This document shows positions 36,979 through 54,090 of a stretch of DNA of 64,000 bases, in pieces. Position 1 is the first letter of the stretch. Each line of letters begins with the position of its first letter. Source of the DNA: Dimorphilus gyrociliatus. Taxonomy: Eukaryota > Animalia > Annelida. The stretch is from contig CAJFCJ010000029.1 of NCBI GenBank assembly GCA_904063045.1, positions 372,001 to 436,000 of the forward strand, in the 5' to 3' direction. The position numbers were made by a program, and so were the translations under genes. The notes beneath the pieces were generated by a model. It was not told where the DNA came from. It worked only from the letters and a program-made list of their open reading frames with translations, and did not search any database.

Positions 36979-37702
36979 TAAGGTACAAGCAATATTCTAA
37001 AGGTATAAGTGTAGTATATACTTATAGTAATATAGATATTGTTACAAGTACATCTTGGAGTATATGAAAATATTTTAATGTATATTATCTACCCCATATA
37101 TTGTACGATTTCTTTAGTAAGTATGAGCTTTATTAATATGGAATATTTTGCTGCATTCCATATATAGATTCTCGTGCCAAACAAAAAAAACAACAGTTTT
37201 TTTCTACAGGTTAATATCCTCTTTTTTATACGTTGTATAACTTTCTATTTCTGTGTTCATAAACATTTGGTTCTATCTTTTCTTTCATATTTTATAAGAA
37301 AAAAAATCAATGTGAAAAAGAAATAAAAATAAAAACCCCTTATGCAGTTATTATACGAATTTTACGGTAGTGATGATAATATAAGAAGTAGCTGATTACT
37401 TAATCGAACCAGTACGTATACATACTTCGATTTTCAATATTTGCAGTCACATCACGTTTCACCATTCTTCTTAATCTCCGCCTCTTCCTGAAGTTTGTTA
37501 GTCTTATGTAGTTTCACTTAGAGAGAAATCTACTTTGTGTTCATTAGCTATATAGAGTTCCTTTTCTTAACCTTATAAAAAGAAACTACGAAATTGTCTT
37601 ACGGATTTACAAGCGATATAAAAACAGTAAAATAAACATTGACATTTTCCCGGGCAAATAAAATCATCAGATTTCTCCCTCGCAAATCCTTAAATAGGCT
37701 AC

Positions 37703-37712
37703 AGATGGCGCT
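37703..37712 (+). promoter_or_regulatory. CTCF-like motif upstream of NK3
   Basis: GCTACAGATGGCGCT. Confidence 0.45.
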
Positions 37713-39300
37713 AATTGTGTCATAACGGAAATAGGAAGAAATTTACTAACCGTTCTGATTCTCTCATAGGATTTTATATATAAATAGTTTTTTTTTCACC
37801 CCAATTACCGATACTTTGACACAATTTCGTCGGTAGTTTGAAATAATAAGGGCTGAATTATTTTTTTCTTTTTACGTAAGAAGACAGAGGCTCTTACCAA
37901 ATAAAGCGGTTAGCAATTGACAAGAATCCTTTAGTAATTTGACAGGCACGAGGAGCAGTTAAGAGGATTTTCATTAGTTATTCACTCGAGTTTTCAAAAA
38001 AAACGTCCCTCTTTATTAAATTTACGTTCATAAAAAACAGATTTTTACTTTTCAATTAATCAAAAACCTTATCAGTGAAAATGCTTATAAGTTTATTTCT
38101 GTTCTCTCCGAAGCCCATCAATAGAAATTACCGCGTAAACATTTCTCTCAACTTCACCCATATTGTAAATATACGAGAAAAAGTATTTTTCAGCCTACAA
38201 TACCATTTTTTTTATCTAGATAAATAAAAAAACGAGAAGAAAAAGATTGAGGTAGAGAGGAAAAAAGAGAAGGATAAAATATAGGATTAACACTCCTAGT
38301 ACACTATTTACTACTTTTCTCTGTATATTTATAAATGAGAAGAAGTAATTCGAACTGGTTCTCAAAGGAATAATTTATCATTCGAAACGAGAGCATGAAA
38401 AGTAAGCAAGGTGTTTTCTGCATTAACTCTCATTTAGCACCACCAAAAATTGCAGCATTTCCCTCATATAGTGGTCTTTTTCCACCTCTTTTATTTACTA
38501 CAACATTTGAACCATACCGAAAATACAGAAAGACAAAAAATTCTCAAAGATTTTTATAGCTAATTGGCCGATAATGGGAATAACGGCCGTTCTCAAACTG
38601 AATATAAATATGACCTCTTAAATATCCAAGGGCGTCTAACGTATGTCAAACTAGTTTTGTTTACAGTTTGGTAAACTTTTAATGTCCCTAAGTGACGAAG
38701 GGTTATTTTCTTCAACCTGTTATATATTTACTTTCGCCTCTAACCAGATATGGTCAAATTTCTCAAAACACGCGGCGCGAATAAATCATCTATCTAGTTT
38801 CTTTAATTTATTTTCCTAGGAATTCTTTATATTGAAGATAATCAACTATTAAATAGATAAGAAACAAAAACTATGCTTGAGATAAGCCGATGTGTTAATA
38901 ATCATTCAATAGCTCATTAATAATTTTAAGTTTGTCATGAAAATTTCATGCATTAGAGAACTTTCGTTATTTACTCTACTGCAACAATAAACAATCTATA
39001 AACAGAAAGATAAGGAAGACCATTTGAATAATTGGTTTATTACGTAATACAAAACCACTATATCCCATGCATATTGCATTACGCGATAATAGAAGAAGAT
39101 TTTTTGATAGAGAAACGAATGAAATTGAATCTTATCAAGAAAAAAAGCTTGACCGCCTTATTTTGACAAGCATTAAATGTTTGTACTATATATAAAAGCT
39201 GTTCACAGTATTATTACGTAATGAAAATAAATTGTTCTACACGAAACAGAGCCCTTTCTCCTTAGTAAAAAGGATTAGAAAAGACTTCTATAGAGTACGA

Positions 39301-39400
39301 AGGAGAGATGGAGAGAGATGGAGAGAGGGAGCAGAGTGAGAGAGATAGAGAGGGAGTGAGAGAGAGAGAGAGAGGGAGAGAGAAAGAAAGAGAGAGAAGG
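39301..39400. repeat. Imperfect (GA)n purine tract upstream of NK3
   Basis: gagagatggagagagatggagagagggagcagagtgagagagatagagagggagtgagagagagagagag. Confidence 0.85.
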
Positions 39401-40148
39401 AGATAGAAGTGTAGTAGGCGGAGTTAAGTAATTTTCTTTTTTAGAGCTTTCCAATTGATCATATAATTGTTGTTTTCTTTATTAGTAATCTAGTTAATCA
39501 GGCAAACCCCAAAATCTGCCCCATGCTATGTAAATATGCGCTAAAGAAAAATTTATCAGTAGAATGCCTTGGTTTAGTTTACATCTGGTTATCACCGTAT
39601 CGATAAAGTCTTTATTCTTATCAATATGATGCACTTGCATGTGTATTTTAGCCACTATATCATGCTAACCTTTTTATTTTGATGTTAAATTATAGATCCG
39701 TGGTAAAACTTGAAGTGGACATATGTTTTTATTCGTAAAATAAACGGTAGCGTTTCTATCAATTTAGGCGTTTTCATTAAATTCTACGCTTTGGAACAAT
39801 ACAATTTTGCGCATGCATGATAAAAAGGAAAGAGACGAATAAGGAACGTTGAAAATTGCGTGATTTGTCGCCATTTGATCATTCGATTGACGAAAAGTGG
39901 TACTCATTCGCACCGAATTTAGTCCTTTGAAAGGTGTCAATCGAAAGGTTCGGTAGCTTTTCGTCAAAAGGGTATGATTTCGTTCCTACTACGCAGTTCT
40001 TCATAATTTGCGTGTTTTAGTAGATGAATAGAAGCAGATTAGTAAATGGCTGGTACCGGTCTAATTCCGATAATTATTGGGTGACGCAAAGCATGTCATT
40101 TGCTCCATACCACGTGATTGAGCTTCTCGACTAAAACGAATCTTGTAG

Positions 40149-40172
40149 CCAATCAGAGCATAGATGGGGCGG
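40149..40172 (+). promoter_or_regulatory. CCAAT box and GC box about 400 bp upstream of NK3 start
   Basis: AGCCAATCAG (CCAAT 40149-40153), GGGGCGG 40166-40172. Confidence 0.4.
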
Positions 40173-40566
40173 AGTTTGTTTATCGTTGTAAAGCGAATTT
40201 TCCGATAAACGGTGGTCCGTTCGAGGTACGAAGTATTCATCAATTCCTCACCCACTCAAAGAATTTTTTGAAGAGTTTATTTTGTCAAGTAAAAGAAAGT
40301 TGACGACTCAAGATTGTACTTTTGGACATAAAGGAAAACGTAGCAGAAGTAGAATAAATCGACTTTTATTGCGTGATAGAGAATCGAATTATACTTAAAT
40401 GACCATAAGACGTTCTTTGTCACGAGTAACAAACTAAAGTACTGGAAAGTAGAGATTTAAAGAAAAAGCCTAATTGAACGTCGTAACGTTTGAAACGTGC
40501 GAAACACGTGAGTAAACAGAAAATTCCGAAAAACAATCAACTGCTGTCCTCGATTAAGCGACAAAA

Positions 40567-44379
<3,813 letters not shown>

Positions 44380-46173
44380 ACTTTCCCTAAACTCTTAATG
44401 GTCAAAGTTTTAACTATTATCCATAAACGTATTTAAACATATACTAATATGTATATATACAGTATATACAGTACAAGGTATATTAATACTTATATATAAT
44501 GTTTATATTTATTATACTTATAGACATTGTACTGTATACAAATAATTAAAAGGGCAAATAACAAGATATCTATATCTAAATATGTTATTATAAAACTGTA
44601 ATTATTTCTATATTTTATCAAATTGTATGAAAGTTTATCTAACTTGTCTTTTCTTGTAAATTTCCTTTTTTTTTCCTTTGTTTTTTATGTTTCTTTGTAT
44701 TCTTGCCATTTTTATTTTATGAAAATTGTTAGAAATCTTCTTTGTTTCATTATTTTTAAACTAAATTGCATTTACGCCTTCACATATGGTTAATTTTGTT
44801 TATATGGTGAATAGTGCAAATTAAAAAAGTCGATTTATTTATTTATACATCACCTTTTTACCTATTAATTATTTTGGTTTTTAATGCATAAATATATTTA
44901 TCAATTAATCATTATGAGAAAGAAATCATTATGCAAAATTGAGTTTTTATATCAAATAGAAAAGATAAAAATGAGACGGATAGATGAACGATCGGGTTAA
45001 GAAGCTTAGTGGCTTATTCGCCGCCGGAACGAATTTGTAGATAGTTTTACTTGGCATTATTTTAGAGCTGATAGGATAAAGCTCTTTTCGACCCGGAAGC
45101 ATTAATTGCATCATTTAACTTAAATCGATAGGTGGCAGCATATCTAGGGAAGGAAGAGATCATAAAAAAAGAGAGAAAAAAGGATAAGTATAAAATAGAT
45201 AGGTGGTGTAAAGGTACGTAAGTTAAGAAAATTTTTATACTAATGAAACAGCTGAAAGCAATAAAAAATAACTATATATCAAAGAAGTAATAGGGAGGAA
45301 AATACACAAATTACAAAGATTTATAGAGAAGAAAAAGCTTAAGAAGCATAATATATTGTACTGATGATGAGACAACCACTAGTCGATAGAGTACGTAAGG
45401 GTAACCCTGCGTTTTTTCTATCTTTCTCGGTTCTTGTCCTTGAATATGGAATTATCTTCCATAGATTTTTCAGTTGATTTAATTAGTAAGGTAAAAACAA
45501 ATAATTTGTCTTTCTATCAGTATGTCTATATTGAAAGCAAATAAAAAAAATTCTCTATATAACAGGTTATAAAGTATTAGATTTCACCTAAACGTGATTA
45601 ACATCTAAGAAACCTACACTCTGTTTACACCATCTAGCTATAGTTATTTGCCGAAATTCTTGAATTCGTAAATAAGATATTATGTTGATTAAATAAGAAT
45701 GATATACCCATTTAGTATTAATTGATTACTTTTCGTTAGCTTTCTTATTAAAATAAACGAAAGGGATCGTTAAAGAAACAAGATTAATCTCTCTAAGTTG
45801 CAGAATGTATTTTCCAACAAGTCTAATTGAAATATCTCGTTAAATTCTTAGCACATAAAGTCTCTTAAATAGGTATCTTCATTAAAAATTCATCATTATT
45901 CTATTGAAAAATAAGAGTATCTGGTCTCATTATACTATATCATATATATGGCGTTATATGATCTCTTACATGTAATAACCCTTATTACAAAAAAGATAAC
46001 TGGTACAAAGCGTCGAACGTGCTACAATTACTATTATACTATAGACTATAAGAGCACATGACTTTATATTTACAGATAAAACTTGTTTAAATTCCCTAAT
46101 GAGATTTCTCTCAGTTCCATTAAAATTTCTCCTTCAGAGGGCAACTAGTCTGTGGACTCCATAGAGGCTAAAA

Positions 46174-48811
46174 CGCCATCTGTCGTCTAGTTACTTTTAA
46201 AGCGAAACTGCAAATAGAAACAGAAGGAGTGGTGAGCGTGGGAGGAATGACAGTGAATAAAAGTCTAAAAGAAAATCTTTAGCGGAATAATTGAAATTTA
46301 AGGAGCAGAGTTAATCTCACTTTTTTACAAATATCGATAACTGAACAAGAATAAATCACTTGATTCTGACACAAACTTAACTATTTCAAAAAGCTAAACC
46401 ATGTACGATCTATACAACACGGAATTCGTTTCACAAATGCCACAATTACATTAAATATCCAGGAATTTATAAAGTTCTAATAATTAGCAATCTATAAAAT
46501 GCTTATATATAATTAAATCTTTATTTAACTATAAAAAGTAACATTATCTAAGTAAACAATTGTTTCGTTTGTAGAAATAGTACTTGAATTATATATAAAT
46601 CTTCTTTTTATTATATGAATAATATTAGTCTTTCAATTTACTTTTCTAGTTGATTTTGTAAGAAATACGCTTATATTTATCATTGTGAATTATTCAAGTT
46701 TTTCATAAATTTTATAAAATAACAATTAATTGTTTTCATTTTTTTTCAAGCGTAACCAAAGTTCAATCGATAGAAAATAAATGAGTAATTACTTTTTTTC
46801 ATTAAGAACTTAATTGAAATTTGACTTTAACGACGAGTTTATCATTAGACACTTGAGAGCGTTATTCTAACAAGTTTTTCCCTTAAACGTAAAGGTCAAG
46901 TACAATATGACAAGTTTAAAAGTAAACGAAAATAAAAGAGAGAGAGAGAGAAAAGGAAAATAACCCCATCTACAAAAGCTTAAGAATCAGCTGTAATTGA
47001 TGCCTTCACTTCCATCTCTGTACAAAAGGAACTCTCATCCGACTCTGTATTAGAGTGTATTAGAGTCCACAGAGTAACCAGAAGGCAAAGACATGTCAAG
47101 TTCAGTATGGCTGCAAAGTACACCGAGAACCTCTCTCTTCGTGCGATGGAAAACGAATCGAATTAAGTTCAAGATTTTTTTCTTTTAATGAGAATTTTAA
47201 TTATTAAAGTCAATCCTTAAAGCTCTACTGAGTTGTTCTAAATATTTTATTACAAAATACAACTAGTCACCTTGTTACGACAAAGGTGGCGTTAAAGGTT
47301 ACGCGCAATCTATGTTGAAACCAACATGTTATTGCCATCTATCGGATAAATTTAGAGTACAATATATTCGTATCAACAATTCCCCGATATTATTTCATTC
47401 ATGATTTGTTAAGTGTTATTAATTAATGTAAAAGAAACATTCAGAAGGAAATTTTCTATTGTTTTATAGAATTCTTTCCTTACATCACTTAACTAGAGTG
47501 TTATTAATCTATTTGTGAGAAGTTATGGCTTCTACCAACTTTATAGGTCGTTTAACTGACACTTTTCAGATAAATGAAAGTTTAACGGTAGTAAGAGTAA
47601 AGTCTACATTTGTAAACAGTAACATAGTTTCAAGAGAGAGAAATAGGTAGTCCAAGGCTAATTTGTCACAGTTTAATTGATACATTGGTAAAATTTCACA
47701 AGATTCTACATCATTCTTCAATCTTACTTTTACGCTTTATTAAAAAATCTAAATTTAACTTTGTAAATGTCCACTAGCGAAAATTTGTAAACTCTTTCCC
47801 TTTAGGCTACGAGAGAATTGTTATCAATAAATCTATTTATAGAAATAAAGGGCGAAGCTAAAGATAAAAATTCGATTAAACAAACACATAATATGTTAAA
47901 AAATAAAGGTACGACAAACAAAACACCTCCTTTTCAGAAGTTTTCAAAGAATTTAGAACGAAAGTCTATTTTTATAGAAATAGTGAAGTTAAAGATTATC
48001 TGTAAATGATCAATGATGTCCTGATAACATTTTGACGCTTAACAAGAGGCGGACACTTTTTTAATAGGGTTATAAATCGTTCAAATCAGAGTAACATGCC
48101 CCTTTACAAATTTTTTCATTTAAAGTAAAAAAAAAAAGACAAAGAGAATTTTATCAAGAAGAACTCTAGTTTTTTTTGAAAATGTAACAAATTAAAAATA
48201 TGTCAATTGGCAATTTTATTTTTGTAAAAAAGCTTAAAACTTCTCGTTCTAACATATTAAGTAATATAACTATAATAAACTAGGTCATAAAAATATAATG
48301 TCTATATTACTCATCACAAAATTACACTACTTTTTACTGATTATATCGTAAGATCTTTCATATAAAAAGAGTAATTTATATATATTATATCTTTTATACA
48401 TAAAGTATTAAATGATGTACAGAATATAATAGTAGTATTATTAGTTCAATTACATTTTTCTAAATATTCTCAAATCAATTTATATGATATAACCAGATGA
48501 TCTTAATTAACCTTTTCGTGTTTACTAGTGCAGACACACAATGAAGCAATGAAGCAAAATGTTCCAGAGTGATAACCTTTTTATAAATTGCTCTCTCCAA
48601 AATCCGTTAAAAAAATTGAAAAGAATTCTTTTTTGTCTTCTCTATCATGTCTCCATCAACTGTTTAATCAACTTAAACGGCTACTTTTGATGAATAAGGG
48701 TGCTATAAAAAGGTTGTTACAATAAAGGATTAAAGAGCGATAGTTTTTTGTCAAGAAGAGAGATTAATTTACAAGAGACCAAAAAATAGAAGTAAAAACA
48801 AAGCGCCATCT
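46174..48811 (-). promoter_or_regulatory. Three minus-oriented CTCF-like motifs downstream of NK3 (46174, 47333, 48804)
   Basis: Reverse complements ACGACAGATGGCG, CCGATAGATGGCA, TCTGCAGATGGCGC; plus-oriented AGGTGGC(A/G) variants at 45130 and 47284 are interspersed. Confidence 0.45.
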
Positions 48812-50488
48812 GCAGAATTGAAAGACTGCGGCTAGTTGTGTATAATAAAAAGAAAAGATTAGTGTAGAATTGGTGGGTAAAATGTTATTTATTGGTAAAT
48901 CTATAAATTTTGGTTGGTAGAGTTAGTGATTTATCGTCAAAGTGATTAGTAAATTGATTAGAATACATTGAATATTAAATAAAATAAATATATAATTTAC
49001 GTTCAGAACTAATAAAAACATAATATAGAATTAGACTTTTACTGGATATAAAACATATGATGATCTCTTTTAGTAGATATAAATAAAGATTATATGAGAT
49101 GGTTAAGTCTAAAATGTATTTAAACGTCTGAAATAAATGATTTATGTAGAAATTGATCTAACATAAAATGAAAGAGGAAGAATGTCTGCTGAACCTTAAA
49201 TCTTTTTTTTGAACAGAGGCGTTCAAATGTAGTGTTGAGTTGGCAAAGAGTATTTATCAATAAAACCTATTGTTTATATTTCCCTTTTTGTTCATTGTTT
49301 TAAGAGAATAAAAGTAGATCGAATTTCCTGAACAACGAAGAATTGTAATTTTTTCGCCTATTCAAAAGATCAAATACGATTTTCATTATATATTTATGAA
49401 TATTCAATTAAAAGGATATAAGAATTGAACCTGATTTTGTACAATAGGGTAAAGGTGTTAACGTTATTTAACCTTCAATTTGGCTTTTTATTTCATGAAA
49501 TGTTTTTAAAACACTGTAACAATTTAAATTGGAAATAATAACTGACGAACACAATTTATACCCTTGTTTATAACTTAAAAGAGCAAAGTGCTAGTTGGCT
49601 ACCTCTAGACAATCACCATTTAAAGACGAGTTGACGGATTACTTTCCCTCTGTTATTGAGCTTTCACACCTCAGTCCTTTGTCGAATAAGAAAACAATTA
49701 GGCATATACTTTTAGAGAATCGACAAAATTGTGTGCAACTAATTACTAGAGATGAAGAAAAGCCGCCCTGTCAACATTAAAGCACTAGATTTTGGATTTA
49801 CTTTTAAGACGATGGCGCCATCAAGCGTCTGAAGTGTTTTCAAAAAACGCCGCTCGTCTTTGAGGTGTTGTCATGTTGAATAACCCCATCCCGTTAAGAC
49901 TTTATCTGATATGACACAAATGAATAGAATGTGTCGAATGAATGCCATATATTACCCGCAGCGTTGAAATATCGATCGTTAAACGTTAACAGAATTTACA
50001 AAAAATTACCTTCAACTAACTTAAGGCCTACGAAATGATTTCTTAAAAGCACATTTAACTCTAATTACTAAATATACACCAACGAAGAAAGCTCCCTTGT
50101 CTATTAGATAATTCGTAAATAGTGAAACAATGCTTGTTTCAGGGCGGCGTATGTACAACAGTATCACGATTATCTTGTTACTCTCCAAGCTCCCAGAGGT
50201 TGTTTACGGTTTATCTTTCAGCATACACCTTGAGCCCGATAATATACGGATCTACGAATAATATTCGAGCAGCCAATTAGATAAGATACAGAAGGCAAGT
50301 AAAAATATGGAAAGTAGGACACAGACTATATAGTTATTACCCTATCCAGGTGTTAAGCATAAAGTGTATGTAATGGTACATCCTATTTATATCCTGTATA
50401 CAAGGGGTGAATGATGGTGGGGGGTTACACGACGAATTGATTGACAGTTTGCTGCAAAGCACAGTGCTCGAGGCATGTGCAATCTGTA

Positions 50489-51430
50489 CCAATCAGAGTC
50501 GGTAAGATGAAAGACGTATAAATGTCCCATAGCGTCTGACCACTGACTGACCGCTTGTATTCCTGTTGACACACACCGCGTTTTCTCTGCGTGTAGCCTT
50601 CATTATGCCGTTTTTCGAGCGTTTTCTGTCACGTGTAATACGCTTTGAACTCGTTCCCGGGGGCCGTCTAAGACGGCGCGTGTTTGTTCAGCCCGCAGGC
50701 CGACAATTTTCGCGCCAAAACTTTCTAAGAATGTTTGTTTGGTTTCGAGTCGCCGCTCAGTTGTTTGCCCTTTACCGCCTACTTTCCGACAGTCATCGAT
50801 ATGCCGACGCGTGGCGGATAGAAGAAAGAATGAACAGATGAGGTCCGAATGACTGACACGGTGAACGGGTCAAGCTCGATAAGGACGCGTTAGTTAAAGT
50901 AGATTGAGAGCGAGCGGCTGGCCCTTTGAAGTGGCTACATAATTGCTACGAGCGTCAGACTGACGTTGTCAAGGCACTCTTTTCTGTCAATCCCAATCTG
51001 TTTTCAAACACGCCACTTATACACGTTTGATTGATAAGTGAGCTTAGCGTGGCTACATCAAAGGAGTTCTACCGCCGCTCTTATCGACTGGCTAGGCCGA
51101 GTTTAGAGTCCGGGAGTTGTTTAACGCTCATTTCTACACCTGTCATTCCCCTATACGAACGTCGATTGTACGAACATTTATAAATTTTTCAAAGGGTAAA
51201 TTGGTGTAAAGTGCGCCCTTTTAGTACACGTAAATCATCAGAGATTGACAGCCGCCTTTGCTTGTTTGATGGATGTGCGAATGCCTTGACCCCTAGTCTA
51301 GGCGGAGAACCCAACAGTAGGCGGAGCTTGTTCTGCTTAATCACCGCGAGCCGCCAATGATAAGCGCCTCTAGCGGATATCGGTCGTTGATTGGTGGCTT
51401 AAATATACAATTTCCTATGTCCGCCATTTT
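50489..51430 (+). promoter_or_regulatory. Two candidate promoters of the noc/elbow gene
   Basis: Distal: CCAAT 50489-50493 and TATAAAT 50517-50523. Proximal: CCAAT 51354, ATTGG 51390, TTAAATATA near 51399, YY1-type CCGCCATTTT 51421-51430. Region is CpG-rich. Confidence 0.45.
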
Positions 51431-51549
51431 TAAGCTCCGACACAGCTTGGCAGTTCGCGGTGAAAGGTGCTCGAGATAGGACGTGTATGTTTCTTTGAGG
51501 ATAGTTTTCTCTACTCTTCTCAAACGTTATGGAAGCCTTACGTCATACA

Positions 51550-53313
51550 ATGATCACTTCTAGTGGTTCCCAGTATCTACATCCAGAATATATTCAACCT
51601 TTACCAACGACGGTAAGTTGGCGTGTTTACAGTTTGGAACATTTACCGGTTTGCGTGTTTGTTCTCCATTAGTTTTCATCTGGGTGTTTTGTTTGTCGAA
51701 TTTAAGAATTTGTCGTTTTGGCCTTTCTCTTAGAAGGTGACTGCTTAGAATTGATCGAATAAAGGAAACACTTTCTTTATCCGCCAAATTTTTCTATTTT
51801 TGTGCTATAGATATTAATAATCGTCGTTAACTTCTTCACCATTATGTGGGAGTACTTTTTTGTTAACTGACAAACAAAATACCTTTACTGTTCGCGTCTA
51901 GAATACTATGACGCACTCGGCGTAAGTTTCGAGTGGCTCTGTAAGCCTATAATACGTTTAGTGTCGAAACGAATTAGCATAAACGAATGTTGGGCGCACG
52001 TATTCCGAGCGTAAAGAGACGGATTAAAACTGAGCTGACGTATGTAAAGGAGGGGGCTGTTAAAGCTGTAAACTGTCATAAATGTACATAACCGTCCTGT
52101 TGATTTATTCAACGAGTCAATATTTAAGAGCACTGTTTGACTTTATTATTTTTATTCTAAAATATAGCTGGATGCCAAGAAAAGTCCTTTGGCTTTACTA
52201 GCTCAAACATGTAGTGCGATTGGAAAAGATACAGCGCCTACGAAATCGATAATACCACCGATTCAGAAAGAAGATAAAACAAAAAAGGATTCGATGTCAA
52301 CTCGATCAAAATCACCGAAAGAGAACGACAGGAAAATGACGCCGTCTCCAGGCGCAAGGAGCAATAAAGACAAATCGGTGTCACCTAAACAAGATAAATT
52401 GGAGAAAGTAAGAGAATCGAAGGAAAACGGTTCAGTATCGCCTCCAAATTCAATTGGTTCGAGACCTCCGTCTAGAAGATCGACAACATCGTCTCCAAAA
52501 AACCCTGAACCTTTGAAAGTTCCAGTATCGGAAGAGACAAAATTTCCGACAGCAACTCCTACTGTGCCAGGAGGTCCACTTCCGCCCTTTTATCCTTCGG
52601 GATTTCCTCTTCTCCCACACCACTCTCTACAAGCTCTCCATAGTTCGGCTTTAGCTTCACACACTCTCTCTTCCCACAAGGGATCACCAGTATCTCCTTT
52701 TATGTCATACACAAGAGTCAAGACTCCAGGAGGTGCCTCCTCTTTAGTTCCCGTTTGTCGAGACCCATTCTGTACCAATTGTCAGATAATGATGCAACAC
52801 GCTCAATTGGGTGGAACTTGTCCAGCCGGATGTACGCAGTGTTCATCAGATAAACTTCATTCATTGGCCACTCTTGGGCTTCATTCTATCCCACCGTCCC
52901 TTCTACAGCTGCCGTCGTCTCCCTACGTTTGTAATTGGGTTTCAGGTAGTGATTATTGCGGCAAACGCTTCTCCAGCAGCGAAGAACTCTTTCAACACCT
53001 TAGGACTCATACAGGGCCTTCATCTGCGGCAACAGCGGCTACTGGCTCGACAGTTAGTCCAGCAGATCTTGCTGCACTCTATGGTGCCTTTCCTCCAGTT
53101 ATTCCTCCTTCTCTTGCGCCATCTCTTAGCCCTTCCGCGCTCAGGAACTATCCTACAAGCTTAAGTCCTAACTCGGCAATGCGCTACCATCCTTATAAGC
53201 CGTCTTCAACATCAACGCCTACAACACCATCTATATCACCGTTATCTGCAGCAGCTTATTGTTCTCCCTATTCCGTTTTGTACCCTCGTCTTGGAGCTGC
53301 AGCTGTTCCCTAG
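51550..53313 (+). CDS. ZNF703: NET family zinc finger (Noc/Elbow/Nlz/ZNF503-ZNF703), ~402 aa, 2 exons
   Basis: Exon 51550-51612 (MITSSGSQYLHPEYIQPLPTT), GT-AG intron, exon 52168-53313 (LDAKKSPLALLAQTCSAIGK Sp motif). Btd box VCRDPFCTNC, single C2H2 finger CNWVSGSDYCGKRFSSSEELFQHLRTH, RYHPY, C-terminal YPRLG. In-frame upstream ATG at 51529. Symbol is family-level. Confidence 0.96.
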
Positions 53314-54030
53314 GACTAGGAGAAGATTTTTGTGTATATACATATATACATACACAGACAAACTGTATACATATATATATATTTATATATATATACTGTG
53401 CTTACATGAATCTTGTATTTACAGTATAGGACATTAATTTTCTTTCTGTTTTTTGTTTTCTTCGGACTGGTTTGGTGCAAGATTTCTCCTTTTTAATTTA
53501 TGCGTCATATTCTTTAGACTGAATACGATCTAGTAATAAAGGAATAATGAGACTTTGGTAAATATAAAATAGCGTATCACTTCCGATAGGATATCGGGCG
53601 GCAAACAATAGCCAGCTCATGAAAAATGCTCATGACAATCCCAATGCATCATCTACTTTCTAATCGTACAGAGAAAGAGATTATAATACAGACAACTCCA
53701 CGCAAGAGAAATGCCGCGAAAAGGCTTCGCCTCGTAAATCAAAGTTTTAGTACAACAAAAATATAGGCTGACAGAAAATAAAACGAGAAGTAACTAAACG
53801 AACAACCTATCCCCTTCCTTTCACATCTAAGACATGAAAGCTACGGCCTTTTTCATTCTTTCTCTTCTCTTTCGCTCTATCACTTTATTTTTAAATATAA
53901 AGCTCGGCTCCGGCATAAAACGTCTCGGCCAATATATATCAATGAGTGTTTGCGCGAATTGCGAATTTGTATAATGAATGATCGCGTTCACGTGACGGGA
54001 ATATTTTAGTGAGCACCGGAAAGTTTAGAA

Positions 54031-54090
54031 AGAGAGCGAGAGAGAGATAGAGAGAGCGAGAGAGAGATAGAGAGAGCGAGAGAGAGTTAG
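54031..54090. repeat. Three tandem copies of a 20-bp GA-rich unit (agagagcgagagagagatag)
   Basis: Units at 54031, 54051, 54071 (last with one variant). Confidence 0.9.

Noticed and set aside
37452-37516. Minus-strand exon-like stretch (KLHKTNKLQEEAEIKKNGET*)
   Set aside because: The only nearby donor gives an upstream exon with an in-frame stop; too short to support.
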